The notes under the pieces were generated by a model. It did no database searches and had not been told where the DNA came from. It saw only the letters and a list, made by a program, of their open reading frames with translations. A stretch of 64,000 nt of DNA from Chiloscyllium plagiosum (Eukaryota): the NCBI RefSeq assembly GCF_004010195.1, contig NC_057752.1, positions 10,728,865 to 10,792,864 on the forward strand, given 5' to 3'. Positions within the stretch are counted from its first letter, which is position 1. Every line of letters begins with the position of its first letter. Both the position numbers and the translations under genes were made by a program. This document shows, in pieces, positions 1 through 59,179 of this stretch.

Positions 1-409
1 TCATTGGAGTTTAGAAGGTTAAGGGGAGATCTAATAGAAACTTATAAGATAATACATGGCTTGGAAAGGGTGGACGCTAGGAAATGTTTCCGTTAGGCGA
101 GGAGACTAGGACCTGTGGACACAGCCTTAGAATTAGAGGGGGTAAATTCGGAACAGAAATGCGGAGACATTTCTTCAGTCAGAGAGTGGTGGGCCTGTGG
201 AATTCATTGCCGCGGAGTGCAGTGGAGGCCGGGACGCTAAATGTCTTCAAGGCAGAGATTGATAAATTCTTGATGTCACAAGGAATTAAGGGCTACGGGG
301 AGAATGCAGGTAAGTGGAGTTGAAATGCCCATCAGCCATGATTGAATGGCAGAGCGGACTTGATGGGTCGAATGGCCTTACTTCCACTCCTATGTCTTAT
401 GGTCTTATG
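1..409 (+). mobile_element. CR1-type LINE 3' end
   Basis: ORF2 C-terminus (RRHFFSQRVVGLWNSLP), then a 3' UTR ending in a short tandem tail (tcttatgg). Confidence 0.85.
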
Positions 410-1454
410 AATTGCACAGGTTCCACTGACCCAAAACCTCAGTCCATTATCTATGGTTGGGTCTTTGGAAGGAATGGCATCCTCAACCCTATTATTTGAA
501 ACTAAGAGAAAAACTTGGAGGGAATCAACAATACAACCAATAAACACTTAGTTATATTGCTAAAGCATTCCCACATGAAACCTGGCGCAGTGGACACACA
601 GCCTTTGTCTCTGTGATAGACCAACCTTACTCTATACAGAAAGGTGGTTGTAGTACAGCTCTCAAATATTTCATGCGTGGGTTCATGCATACATGATAGT
701 CAGTCTGCTGCCTGAAAAAAGCATACTTTCTTTATTTTTCCCTGTAAAAAGTCACATGCAGCTCCCCAATTTCCAAACATACTTTGTTCTTGCAAAATCA
801 GGATTCCCACATTGTTTTTATCCAGAAATATCCAGTTAGTTTCAGGCACAAATGCGTTTTGCCAACATCTTTTCTGTTCTCATTAAAGGAACTGCAATTC
901 AATCAAAGGAGGGCAGTGGGGCTAACAGAATAGAAAGAAACTAATTTCTTTTCATGCAATGTAGTGCACATTATTACTACATCGGGGGAGGGGGTGGTCT
1001 CTATTTGCACAATGCAGTCCTGTCATATTCGTATAGTCATGCTGGACAAAAAAAATGATCTTTTCAGTGCCAACAGTCGACCACAATAAAACTTGTAAAA
1101 ATGTGAACTGGGCAAGATCAGAGTGCAGCATATGCAACACTCGTAAATGTATCCAAGTGGAAGAAAGGACTCGATCCAAATATGGAATTAATGAATGAGA
1201 AATTTTAACCTGCACACAACACAGCTATTCCACCATTCTTCCACCATCCCGAAAATTAAGTGGATTTAATAAAAAGAAAAATCACTATAACCAGCAACTT
1301 TGAAACGGACATGCAAACGGTTCATCAGTAATTGGCCAGTAAAGTAAATGCCCACTCTAAATGTGGCCACCATAATAGTTGATGGCCAAATCGCAATGGT
1401 GGGAATTTCACTGAGAAACGCATGCAAGAATGGTTTTTAATCACAATATACTTA

Positions 1455-1673
<219 letters not shown>

Positions 1674-1714
1674 TTATAAAAGAGTGAATGAAACAAGAGA
1701 GATTAACACTATTT

Positions 1715-1990
1715 CTTGACTTTGAATGTTTAATCCAGGCTCATCCCTCCAGTGGAGAACAGAAGAGATGTTGCATTGTTGCAGGTATCATTCTGAACCC
1801 CATCCTTGTGTCAAGTAAATGTTAAAGATCTGATTGCACTACTAGAAGGGCAGGGAGTTCTCCCAATATTCTGGACAACACCAAAACAGATGAACTGGTA
1901 ATGTGTGCAGGTCTATACTCTGTTCAAATTAGCTGTCATGTCAGCGACTGCACTTGAGAAATAACTTTTTGGCTCATCAGAGCCTTGGGA
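1715..1990 (+). mobile_element. Decayed Deu-domain-type SINE
   Basis: Degenerate similarity to the better-preserved copy at 62345-62745. Confidence 0.45.
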
Positions 1991-3249
1991 AGTGATATGG
2001 TGCATTATGAATTTGGGGTTATTTTATTCCAGTGGTCAGCCATATGCTTGCTTATTTACCAAGTCGTACCTTTAACGCTAAGGGAAAATAACATGCTAGC
2101 CTACTTATTTTGCTTAGTTTATAGTTTTTACAACTTTACAGGAGAAATTTATGACACCTTCATTTACTCAAAATTCTGAAGCAGGAGAAAATCATAGCCA
2201 TAGGAAGTAATAGCAAGTAAGTTCACAAGAGCAAAACATCAAAATCCCTGATTGAAATCAATAACCGAATAAACTAATTTATGCACACACAATTTCTTGA
2301 CTTACAAGCCTAAATCTTCTTACAATTGGATCATTGACTGCTGGATGACTGAATACGACTTTTGAACTCATCTGAAGACCTTTAGGAACACTGTCAAGAC
2401 TGCAATACTCCAGCAATGCTTATTTTATTTTGTAAATTTTCTGAGGTCAACTAAAAACACAAAGTGCTGTGATGCTCTACCTTACTGGACACCAGCAAAA
2501 GGAAGTGCTTGATTATCAGCATCTCATTAGGGATAGCTGCAGAACACAGATGAGGCTCTTTGGCCCTCGATGTTGTGCTGACCTTTTATCCTACTATAAG
2601 ATCAAACTAACCTACATACCCTACATGTTACTATCATCCATATGCCTATCCAAGAGTTGCTTAAACACCCTTAAATGTATCTGATTCTACTCCCACTGCC
2701 AGCAGTGCATTCCACACACCCACCACCCTCTGCATAAAGAACCCACTTCTGACATCTCCCATAAACCTTCCTCCAATCTCCTTAAATTATGGCCCCGTCA
2801 TGATAGCCATTTCTGCCCTGGGAAAAAAAATCTCTGGCTATCCATTCATCATCTTGTACACCTCCATCAAGTCAACTCTCATCCTTCTTCGCTCCAATGA
2901 GAAAAGCCCTAGCTCCCTGAACCTTTCTGCATAAGACATGCCCTCCAGTCCAGGCAGCATCCTGGTAAATCTCCTCTGCACCCTCTCTAAAGCTTCCACA
3001 TCCTTCCTATAAGGAGGTGACCAGAACTGAACACAATATTCCAGGTGTGGTCTAACCAGGGCTAGACAGAGCTGCAGCATAACCTCGTGGCTCTTAAACT
3101 CAATCTCCCTGCTTATGAAAGCCAACACCATATGCCTCCTTAACAACCCTATCCACCTGGGTGGCAACTTTGAGGGAACTATAGACGTGGAACCCAAGAT
3201 CCCTCTGTTCCTCCAAACTGCCAAGAATCCGGTCTTTAACCCTGTATTC

Positions 3250-3388
3250 AAAGAAACCCAAACATATAAATAGAAAGCAGAAATCATCAGCTGTGCTTCG
3301 CCTGGAGGCCCACTGAAGATGTTACCTCGTAGGATGACGAAACGTCTGGAAATGAACCTTCCAGCTCAGCGAGTAAACCTAGATCCAG
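3250..3388 (+). mobile_element. Penelope-like element 3' (pLTR) fragment inserted in the CR1
   Basis: Interrupts CR1 colinearity relative to the paralogous copy near 46990-47078; resembles the PLE end at 34563-34690; contains a hammerhead motif. Confidence 0.75.
3310..3349 (+). ncRNA. Minimal type-I hammerhead ribozyme motif
   Basis: CCA-CUGAAGA-U-[GUUACCU CGU AGGAUGAC]-GAAACGUC^UGG: stem I CCA/UGG, stem II, palindromic ACGU in place of stem III. Confidence 0.7.
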
Positions 3389-6300
3389 ATCCTGTCAATG
3401 TCACGTTGCAACCTACAACAGCCCTCCACACTATCCACAACTTCTCCAACCTTCGTGTCATCGGCAAACTTACTAACCCACCCTTCCACTTCCTCATCCA
3501 AGTCATTTACAAAAACCACAAAGAGCAGAGGTCCCAGAACCGATCCCTGCAGAACACCACTGGTCACCGAGCTTCAGGCTGAATATTTTCCATCTACTAC
3601 CACCCTGTCTTTTGTGGGCCAGCCAATTCTGTATCCAGACAGCCAGATTTCCCTGTATCCCATGCCTCTGTACTTTCTGAATGAGCCTACCATTGGGAAT
3701 CTTATCAAAAACCTTGCTAAAATCCATACCCACCACATCCACCTATTTTCATCAATGGGTTTTGTCACATCCTCAAAGAATTCAATAAATCTTGGCATGG
3801 CCTGTCCCTCACAAAGCTACACTGACTACCTCTAATCAAGGTATGCTTTCCCAAATAATCATAAATCCTGTCTCTTAGAATCCTCTCCAATAATTTGTCC
3901 ACCACCGACGTAAGACTGACTGGTCTGTAATTCCCAGGGTTATCCCTATTCCCTTTCTTGCACAAAGGAATAACATTTGCCACCCTCTAATCATCTGGTA
4001 CTACTCCAGTGGACAGTGTGAATGCAAAGATCATCACCAAAGGCGCAGCAATCTCTTCCCTCACTTCCTGTATGAACCTTGGGTATATCCCGCCAGGCCC
4101 AGGGGATTTATCTGAACTCGTGTTTTTCAAAACTTCCAGCACATCCTCCTTCTTAACATCAACATGCTTGAGCCTATCAGCCTGTTTCACTCTGTCCTCA
4201 CAAACGAAAAGGTCCCTCTCAATAGTGAATACTGAAGTAAAATATTCATTAAATGACCTCCTCGAACTCCAGGCACAAGTCCTCTCCATTATCCCTGATT
4301 GGCCCTACCCTCACTCTGGCCATCCTCTTGTTCCTCACATAGGTGTAGAACACCTGGAAGTTTTCCTTAATCCTACCTGCCAAGGCTTTTTCATGCCCCC
4401 TTCTAGCTCTCCTAAGTCCATTCTTCAGTTCCTCCCTGGCTACCTTGCAATCCTCTAGAGCCCTGTCTGATCCTTGCTTCCTCAACCTCAAGTAAGCTTC
4501 CTGCTTCCTCTTGACGAGATGCTCCACATTTCTTGTCATCCAAGGTTCTTTCAACCTACCATCCCTTCCTTGCCTCAGTGGGACATACCTGTCCAGCACT
4601 ACCAGCAAGTGCTCCCGAAGCAACCTCCACATTTCTGTCGTGCACTTTCCTGAGAATATCTATTCCCAATTTATGTTCCACAGTTCCTTCCCATACGGTT
4701 TGCTCCTATCCCTCTCCATGACTATAGCAAAGGTCAGGGAGTTGTGATCGCTATCAGTGAAACGCTCTCCCACTGAGAGATCTGACACGTGACCTGGTTC
4801 TTTGCCAAGCACCAAATCCAATATGGCCTCCCCTCTAGTCAGCCTATATATTATATAGAATCCATCCTGGACACACCTGACAAAGTCTGCTCCATCCAAA
4901 CTATTTGTACGAAGGAGGTTCCAATCAATATTAGGGAAGTTGAAGTCACCGATGACAACAACCCTGTTACTTCACATGTCCAAACTCTGCCTCCCAATCT
5001 GCTCCTCTGTGTCTCTGCTGCTATTGGCAGATCTATGAAAAACTCCCAATAAAGTGACAGCTTCTTTCCTGTTTCTGACTTCCATCCATAGTGACTCTGT
5101 AGACAAACTCTCCTCGACAACCTCCCTTTCTGCAGCTGTGATACTATCCCTGATTAGCAATGCCACTCCTCCACCTCTTTTCGCCCTCCCTTTTCCTTTT
5201 GAAACATCTAAACCCCAGAACATCCAACAACCATTCCTGCCCCTGTGATATCCAAGTCTCCCTAATGGTCACAACATCATAGCTCCAATTACTGATCCAT
5301 ACTCCAAGTTCATCACCCACATTCCTGACACCTCTTGCGTTAAAATGGACACACTTCAACCCAATACATTGACTGCAACGTTGCCCTATCAACTGTCTAT
5401 CCTCTCAGTCTCTCTGCACGCTGAATCTGCCTGTTCACCAGCTGCCCCATTCTCTGATCTGTAGCTCTAGTTCTCATCCCCCTGCCAAACTAGTTTAAAC
5501 CTTCCCGAAGAGCTCTAGCAAACCTCCCGCCCAAGATATTGGTGTCCCTCCAGTTCAGGTGCAATCCGTCCTCTTTTTACAGGTCCCACCTTCCCCAAAG
5601 GTATCCTAATATCTGAAGCCCTCCCTCCTACACCAGCTCTGCAGCCATGTGTTCAGCTACACTCGCTCTCTGTTCCTGCCTCACTAGCACGTGGCACCGG
5701 TAGCAACCCTGAGATTACTACTCTGCTCGTCCTGCCTTTTAGCTTCTAACCTAACTCCTATATTCACTCTGCAGGTCCTCATGCCTTTTCCTAGCTATGT
5801 CTAGCTGCTCAGCCTTCCCCTTAAGACGACCTAGAGGACGACATTGAGTCGCATCAGTAACTGCAGAGGAGCGAGATAGGAGGGTAAGTGGACTTTGTAA
5901 CTCCTTGGAGTCCAGGACACTTCTCATCTCCAGAACCTAATCCTTGGATGTTTGTGCTCATTCCCTTACTCTCAGCGCCATTTGAAACATGTCTGAAATA
6001 GCAGACTTGACCACTTACAGTGCAGCTGAGTGCATACAGTCCCTATATAGCACTCAATAGCTAGTTTAACATTTCTAGTCATGTTTAATTAATGTCATCA
6101 ACAATTAGGGTTAAAGTCGCATGCTAAAGCAGACCCTCAAAAGCAGTATCTTATTAACACAGGACCTATCTAGTACGTGTTTCTGGAGTTCTTGTGGCAC
6201 AGTGGTAGTGTCTCTACCCCGAGCCAGAAGTCCCATGCTCCAGTCCCACCTGCTCCAGAGGTGTGTTATAATGTGCCTGAATAGGTTCATTAAAAGGATC

Positions 6301-6498
6301 TCTAGTCCCTGTTTCCACCCATGTAGCAAAATAACCTCATTATTAGGACTGCATATTTTCTTTGCTCAAAGCAAAAATGATCAAATTAACTTTAAAAATG
6401 TTATTCACATGTAAAATATCTTCCAATATGCAATGCAACTGGACTATAACTTGTTTTCATTGACACACTTTTCACACAGACAGCAATAAGTTACTTAC

Positions 6499-52639
<46,141 letters not shown>

Positions 52640-53076
52640 CTTCAGGATGCGAAAATGATTAAGTGTGTGCGAGACAGCAAAAACCTGGAATGGATACCCA
52701 AACATGCTTATTGGAATAATACAAACATCAAGATTAAGTTCATGCTTTGTCTCTTGCAAAGCATGCTTATTTTAAAATATTCACATGTCCTTTTACAATA
52801 TACTAAATCAGTAGGCAACAGCCATCACTGATTAATAACTAGTTGCAGTTTTCCTCTGGGACATATTTACATCAATATAATTTTAAAAACCAATTTTAAA
52901 CTGAGCTGCACCATACATTGTTGTTAGCGGATGGCACCACTTGTCTCCAAATCAGAATGGTATAGATTGAACCTCCATTTTAGAGATAATAACATTTACA
53001 CATTCTGTGATGGCTTGTGGAACAGCCATCACAAAATGGCATTGTACAATTATCAGTGCACAATTCCTAGTGAAGT

Positions 53077-56000
53077 TGTGACAAAGGTTTGGGGTTTGAA
53101 GGTCTGGGTTCATTTCAACGAGGATAACATAAGATTGGATTTAGAGTTAGTATAAGTGCCAGAGAATAATAGATAACAGGTTTCTCCCACTGAAGTATGA
53201 CAGTATTAGAAGCAGATAAACCATCTTGCAGTTGGAACAGGTATCTTTGATGGAGTTAGAGGATATAACAAAAGTCAGACAGCTAGAATTGGCAAATCAA
53301 TTAGAGGTGGAACTTGCTGCTAGTGATAATTGAAATATTGGCAAAGCATCTGGGATTGACGGAAATACGAGAGTGGTTAGGTACAAAAAGTGGTGAGTCA
53401 TTAGAGTTAGCATGGATTCAATCACAGCTAGAATATGAGAAAAGCACAGCTCAAAATAGAAAGAGCTTTGGAATCAAAGAGTGCAAAAGGAAATTAAAAA
53501 GCAAAAGTTGGAGATAAGACAACTTGAACCTGAATTTCAGAGAGAAAGGGAAAAAGAGGAGAGAAATAGGGCATACTGGCTTAAAAGAATGCAGTTTAAA
53601 AAGACTAAAATGCCAAAGCAAGCTGTGATGGGAAAATTTCGAGTCATAATTGAAATTTTTTGGAGGGAAACGCTCAAGCTTGTACTGATTCTACCAAAAG
53701 TTGAGGAAAGGGATGGGAAGACATTGTTTATGTCTTTTGAGAAAATAGCAGAATAAATTAAGTGGCCAAAGCAAGTCTGGACATTACACATGCAAAGCAA
53801 GGTGAAAGACAGAGCACATGAAATTTATGCATCATTGTCAGATTAGGATTCTAAAGAAGCATGATATGGTAAAAAGGGCTATTCTGGGGGGGTACGAGTT
53901 AGTTCCTGAATCATGCAGGCAAAGGTTCAGAAATTTAAGGAAGCAGCTTGGGAAGCTGACACTGAATTTGAAAGGGTAAGGCAAAGTAACTTTGACAGGA
54001 TGGGGTGGGGAGACAGAACACAGGCATTAGGAGTAAATACTATATATGAAGTTCTCAGAGAAATCATTCTCCTAGATTAAATTTAAAAATTCACCACCTT
54101 TTATAATTAGAACCCACATTGAAAGCCAGAAGATTGGAACTGCTGGACAGACACCAATAATGGCTAACAATTAAAGAGCTGATCCATAAAACTAAGCGTT
54201 TTTTTCTGTTACCCACAAACTTGAGAAGGATCGAGGATGGGGACGTGAAAGGAAGGCAAGTAACAAGGGTAAAATGATGGACAGCTGGGAATGGCCTATA
54301 ATCCCTCCTCACCCCAGATGAGAAAGGAAGACACAGAGGCCTGGAAGTAAAAGTTGAAGACCTAATTGTGTGCAGTGTAAGAAAATGAGACACCTTCTTT
54401 CAGAGTTGTGGAAACCCATGGGAGTGAGTCAGGTTCACGAGAGTGCATCCGTTAAAGGAACTCAAAAGGAAAATACCATGGATCTTATTGTTGTTGTTTT
54501 AACTACAACAATGATCTTCGAGGTAAACACTCCTGGTAATGCAGCAGAGGTGAATATGCTCGATGAGAGATAGAAAGGGCTTTGGTAAAATGATATGATG
54601 ACCCTTTTCTCTTCAAACGATGCTGCTAAACTCAACTATATTCAGGTACACAGGAGCTGTTGATGAAGAATGGATAATTGCTCCATAAGACAATTGTACT
54701 GCTCAAATATCCTAAGGAAACATTGCGAGTAGAACATGAAATGCCGATGTCAGAACATGTGGGAATACAGAAATCTCAAGCATCAATGAACAGCCACTTT
54801 ACCTTACCAAGACTTAAAGTATGCAGTTCAGTTCTGTAAAACAAGCCATAAATGTCAGGTCATAGGAAACCTCAACTTTTTTTTTATTATTCATTCATGG
54901 GATGTGGATATCACTGGCTGGCCAGCATTTATTGCTAGTTTCTAGCTGCCCGAGGTGATGATGAGCTGCCTTCTTCAACCACTGCAGATAACATTCTGTC
55001 GGTTGACCCACAATGTCCTTAGAGAGGGAACTCCAGGATTTTGATCCAGTGACGAAAAAGGAAGGGCAATATATTTCCAAGTCAGGGTGGTGAGGGGCTT
55101 GGAGGGGAACTTGTAGTTGGTGGTACTCCTATGAACCTGCTGCCCTTGTCCTTCTAGATGGAAGCAGTCATGGATTTGGAAGGTGCTGTCTGGGATCTTT
55201 GGGGAATGTCTGCAGTGCATCTTGTTGATGGTGCACACTGCTGCTACTGAGTGGTGGAGGTAATGGATGCCTGTGGCTGTGGTGCCAACCGTCTTCAGTG
55301 TTATTGAAGCTGCACCCATCCAGGCAAGTGGGGAGTAATCAAACTGGCACCTTTAACACCACACCAGTTTTTGAAGAACCATTCAGTTGACAGTTGATAG
55401 AGTGGATAGAACCCTTACTGAAAACTGGAAACACCAAGATATCCTTACAGTTATGGAGATGACAACCCAATCTCCAGAAACTATTCCTTTAAGGTTAATT
55501 ACAGCTAAGGTAATGGTGGGGGAAAAAAATCAGTTTTTTTAAAAACTCATTATGGACTATCAACTGAAATACAATCAGACCTTGTTTTTAAACTTTGTCT
55601 AAAAATTTTCAAGACAATGATTAATTTGGACATAAAAGAGTTGAAGTCGACTGCCTATCTTCTGCAAACACCGGGAACTTTGGAAAGATACCATCAGATT
55701 CTCAAAACAATGGATTTAGATCTCTAGTCACAGGCATACACAGGATGGGACAAAGGGTTAGATTTCTTACTCTGCAAGCAGAGATTCCCCAAACTGGTTT
55801 AGTCCATTCAAATTGATGTATGGTAATGAGATAAGAGTTTTGGTAAAAATTGACTGAGGAGAAGTTCTTACGGCAAAACAATGTTTCTAGAGAGACTCAC
55901 AGGAGCATTTAAAAAACATCTCAGGCAAAGTGAAAGAGCAGGCAACAAACATGCTATGACTGAAATGTTTCAAACAGGAGACCAAGTATTTGCCTTTATT

Positions 56001-58620
56001 AGGCAAATCTCTCAAACAGAGATCAGTTGCCCATACAAAGGCAGTCAAGAGGGTTAGTAAAGTGTTTATCTCGTCAATACTCCTAACCACAGGAAGGGGG
56101 AAAAAAAATCACTTGTGTTACCTGAACACATTAAAGCAATATCATCATAGGGAGGAACAAGCAAGTGTGTCGAGGGGTCAGAGAGGCACTGGACTGAGGT
56201 AGGAGGAAGGAAAGAGATTCACTTTGTGAACTAACTAAAAATTTGACTAGCCAATATGAAAATCCTGGGACAGTTAGAGAATGTATTTTTACACTTGGAG
56301 GAAGAACAACAAGAAGTTGAAGGAAATCTATAAAGATACACCTGGAGGTACAATGCTAACCCAAGTGTGGTGTGGATCTAGGGGAATCCATACCAATAAA
56401 ACAACATCTTTATTCCATAAGCCCACAAAAAGCAAGTGCACGTGGAAACAGAGATTCAGTGCATGCTAGAAAATGTTTAGCTCAGTTGGCTGGATTGTTG
56501 TTTTACAGTGTGATGCCAATAGGTTGGGTTCAATTCCCATCACTGGTTTGAGGTTCCCATGATGGACTCTCCTTCTCAACCTCTTCCCTCACCTGAGGTC
56601 TAGTGATCCTCAGGTTAAATCACCACCAGTCACTTCTCTCTAATGAGAGAGCAGCCCCTATGGTCTGGTAAGAGTATGGCGACACAACAATGAATAGAGA
56701 AAACCACTTACTGAACCTATACAAAACAGTTGAAATTTATCAGTGGTGTTTGTTGATAAATCAGATGGATTATGCAGTCAGTCAACAGATTCATACCCAA
56801 TTCTTTGGTTAGAACACTATCATTACAAAGAAATGAAGCACTGTGAACCCTAAGGTTGAAGAGGAACTGGCAATTACCCTTAACATCAAAAGCTAAGAAG
56901 ATGTAGCCTTTGTCACATCAAATGGGTTAGATCAATGTCAAGTGATGCTGTTTGGGTGCAAAAACGCCTCAGCTACATTCCAAAATCCCCAAAAGTCAAC
57001 TGCATCACTGTGGAGTTGATTTAAACTATGTAATATACTGTAACCCCTGGTAAGAACATGTAAAGTACCTAGAATACTGGTTTAAACAAGTATAGTTAAT
57101 TATAATAAATCTTGTCAAGACTAATTTGCAAAAGAAAGGGTAACTCATCCAGAATATATCATAGAGTGAGCATGAACATGTGGATTTAAAAAGGAAATTT
57201 GTACCTAACTTTAGCACAATAGCTGTGCCTTTAAAAGATTTGTTATGAAAACAGGCAAAGGAGGACTGATCAGCAGAGGGTCAAAGCAGTGGCTGAGAAG
57301 CCGACAGCAATCCTAATAAATGAACCACTGTTGGCCACCCCTGACTTTACAAAAGCTTTTAAAATGGCAATTGATGCGAGTGACTTGGGAGGAGGTACGG
57401 TTTTATTATACGATGATGTATTGGGAAGAGAGTAGACACAGGGCGCCATTTTAAGAAACTGAACCAATATTGAAGTAGTACTCTTCAGTGGAAAAGGAAT
57501 GTTGGGATTATTCTTCGCTCTTCAATGTTTTGAAGCCAATGTCCATCATGTTTGCAAAGGAACACATATTTTAATCAACCTATTTGGTCATGTTATAACA
57601 CTCGCAGGTCAAGTGGGACTTGAAGTTGGATCTGAAACACTGATGTATACTAACTATAATATACTCCGAGAAAGTTAAGACTCAAAATGGAGCTTACTGA
57701 TTTAATCATCAGTACAAAAAATGTTCATATTGCTTGAAAAGATAATGTAACAGTAGACACATTATTAAGAATGTGATTATGCGAGAATAGTTTAAGAATT
57801 TAGGGAAGAAAATAAGAAATGATTTAAATCCTGCATAAGGAATGAGCAAAGGCAAATGAAAGTAACTGTATGTTGTTTTGTACTTGCATTATTCTTACCT
57901 GATAATGAAAGTCATTGTAAAACAGTGTTTCATTTTCTTAACTGTGGAAGAGACCACATATTTTGTTTTTTTGGGATTGTAAACTGAAATGAAAGTTGGA
58001 CTGCTATGTATCAGGAGAGTTTTACAACTTAACAATAAATCAAATGCCACATGTTTGAGCTGTGCAATACCGTGTTACGTTTTGACGCAGCAAGAGGGAG
58101 AGGGAGAGACTGAATGATATACAGTCTTTTGAGTAAAGGAAACTCTGCCTAAAAACAGACCTTTGATTGGTTGAACTACTGAGTATTAAAAAACTCTAAA
58201 TGTCAATGCAACAAAGAAGAGAAGCATCCAGACTTCGTAAATAAAAAGGATCCATCTTTCTTTCTCTTCCCACATGGGGAAAGAAGACAGAAAAGCTGAG
58301 AAAGTTAAAAAAAATTCTACAACAAAACCCAGGTCTTGTTTTTCCACCAATAGCATGTACCTTTCATGTGTCTTAACCATGAGAGGGCAAGGACAAGGGC
58401 GAGTGTGTGTGCGTTGGGGGTTTTTAGTTAAAAGGGGTACAAGCTCAAGTTGCACAGTGGTAGATTAAAATTTCTCTTTTTCACTGCGCTTGTTAATATT
58501 AAGTATGCCACAATAGATAGAGTTACTTTCTGTTACTAATAAAACCTGGTATGAACCATTTTGGTGCCGAGTTGCAGTTAGTCAGGCAAATTGGTCATTT
58601 TGTTGGTTGGACTTGGACTG
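53077..58620 (+). mobile_element. Decayed Gmr1-type Ty3/Gypsy LTR retrotransposon
   Basis: Domain order: gag/SCAN-like (YELVPESCRQRFRNLRKQ, ~53893), zinc-knuckle remnant (CVQCKKMRH, 54367), integrase (QFCKTSHKCQ ~54829; STAYLLQTPGTLERYHQILKTM ~55647), RT (AFVTSNG…MLFGCKNASATFQ ~56906), RNase H (PDFTKAFKMAIDASD ~57340), then an LTR-like 3' region. Confidence 0.8.
56477..56683 (+). mobile_element. tRNA-derived SINE nested in the Gmr1-type RT
   Basis: tagctcagttgg A box, ggttcaattcc B box; same family as 16905-17107. Confidence 0.7.
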
Positions 58621-58741
58621 CTCAATGGTAATCCCCAGGGATGTTGGCAATGGGGCATTCAGTGATGGTTAAAATATTATATGACAAAAAGCAATGTTTT
58701 GATTGTCTCTTACTGGAGGTGGGCAATGCCTGGTATTTGTG

Positions 58742-58939
58742 GACAAAGTTAAAAATCACACAACACCAGGTGAGAGTCCAACAGGTTTATTTGGAAGCAC
58801 TAGCTTTCAGAGTGCTGCTCCTTCATCAGGTAATTGTGAAGCAGTGCTCTGAAAGCTAGTGCTTCCAAATAAACCTGCTGGACTATAACCTGGTGTGGTG
58901 TGATTTTTTAACATTGTCCACCCCAGTCCCTCCATATCA
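58742..58939. mobile_element. Miniature fold-back of the same PLE end as 7371-8777
   Basis: ~80-bp inverted arms; minus-strand CUGAUGA…GAAAGCUA^GUG; perfect 11-bp TSD tggtatttgtg (58731-58741 / 58940-58950). Confidence 0.85.
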
Positions 58940-59179
58940 TGGTATTTGTGTGACACTAATGTTACTTGCCAATTTTCAGCCCAAGCCTGAATATTGTCCA
59001 GGTCTTGCTGCACTTTGAAGAGGACTGTTTCAGTATCCGAGGAGTCACCAATGGTGCTGAATATTAGGCAATCATCAAACATCCCCACTTCTGACCTTAC
59101 GATGGAGGGAAGGTCATTGATGAAGGTGCTGAAGTTGATTCAGCCTAGGACATCACCTTCAGGAGGTCTTGCAGTTATA

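Larger units (their letters stand above)
2530..5830 (-). mobile_element. Near-full-length CR1-type LINE, frameshifted
   Basis: APE endonuclease (HFNARGVRN, LDLVLG, DSDHN), RT ([32 protein letters not shown]), C-terminal VRPHLEYCVQFWSP. Confidence 0.92.

Noticed and set aside
52640..52759. N-terminal extension suggested by the open frame upstream of the ATG
   Set aside because: A candidate acceptor at 52685-52686 separates the upstream in-frame ATG from the exon, and recalled orthologues start at MSNS.
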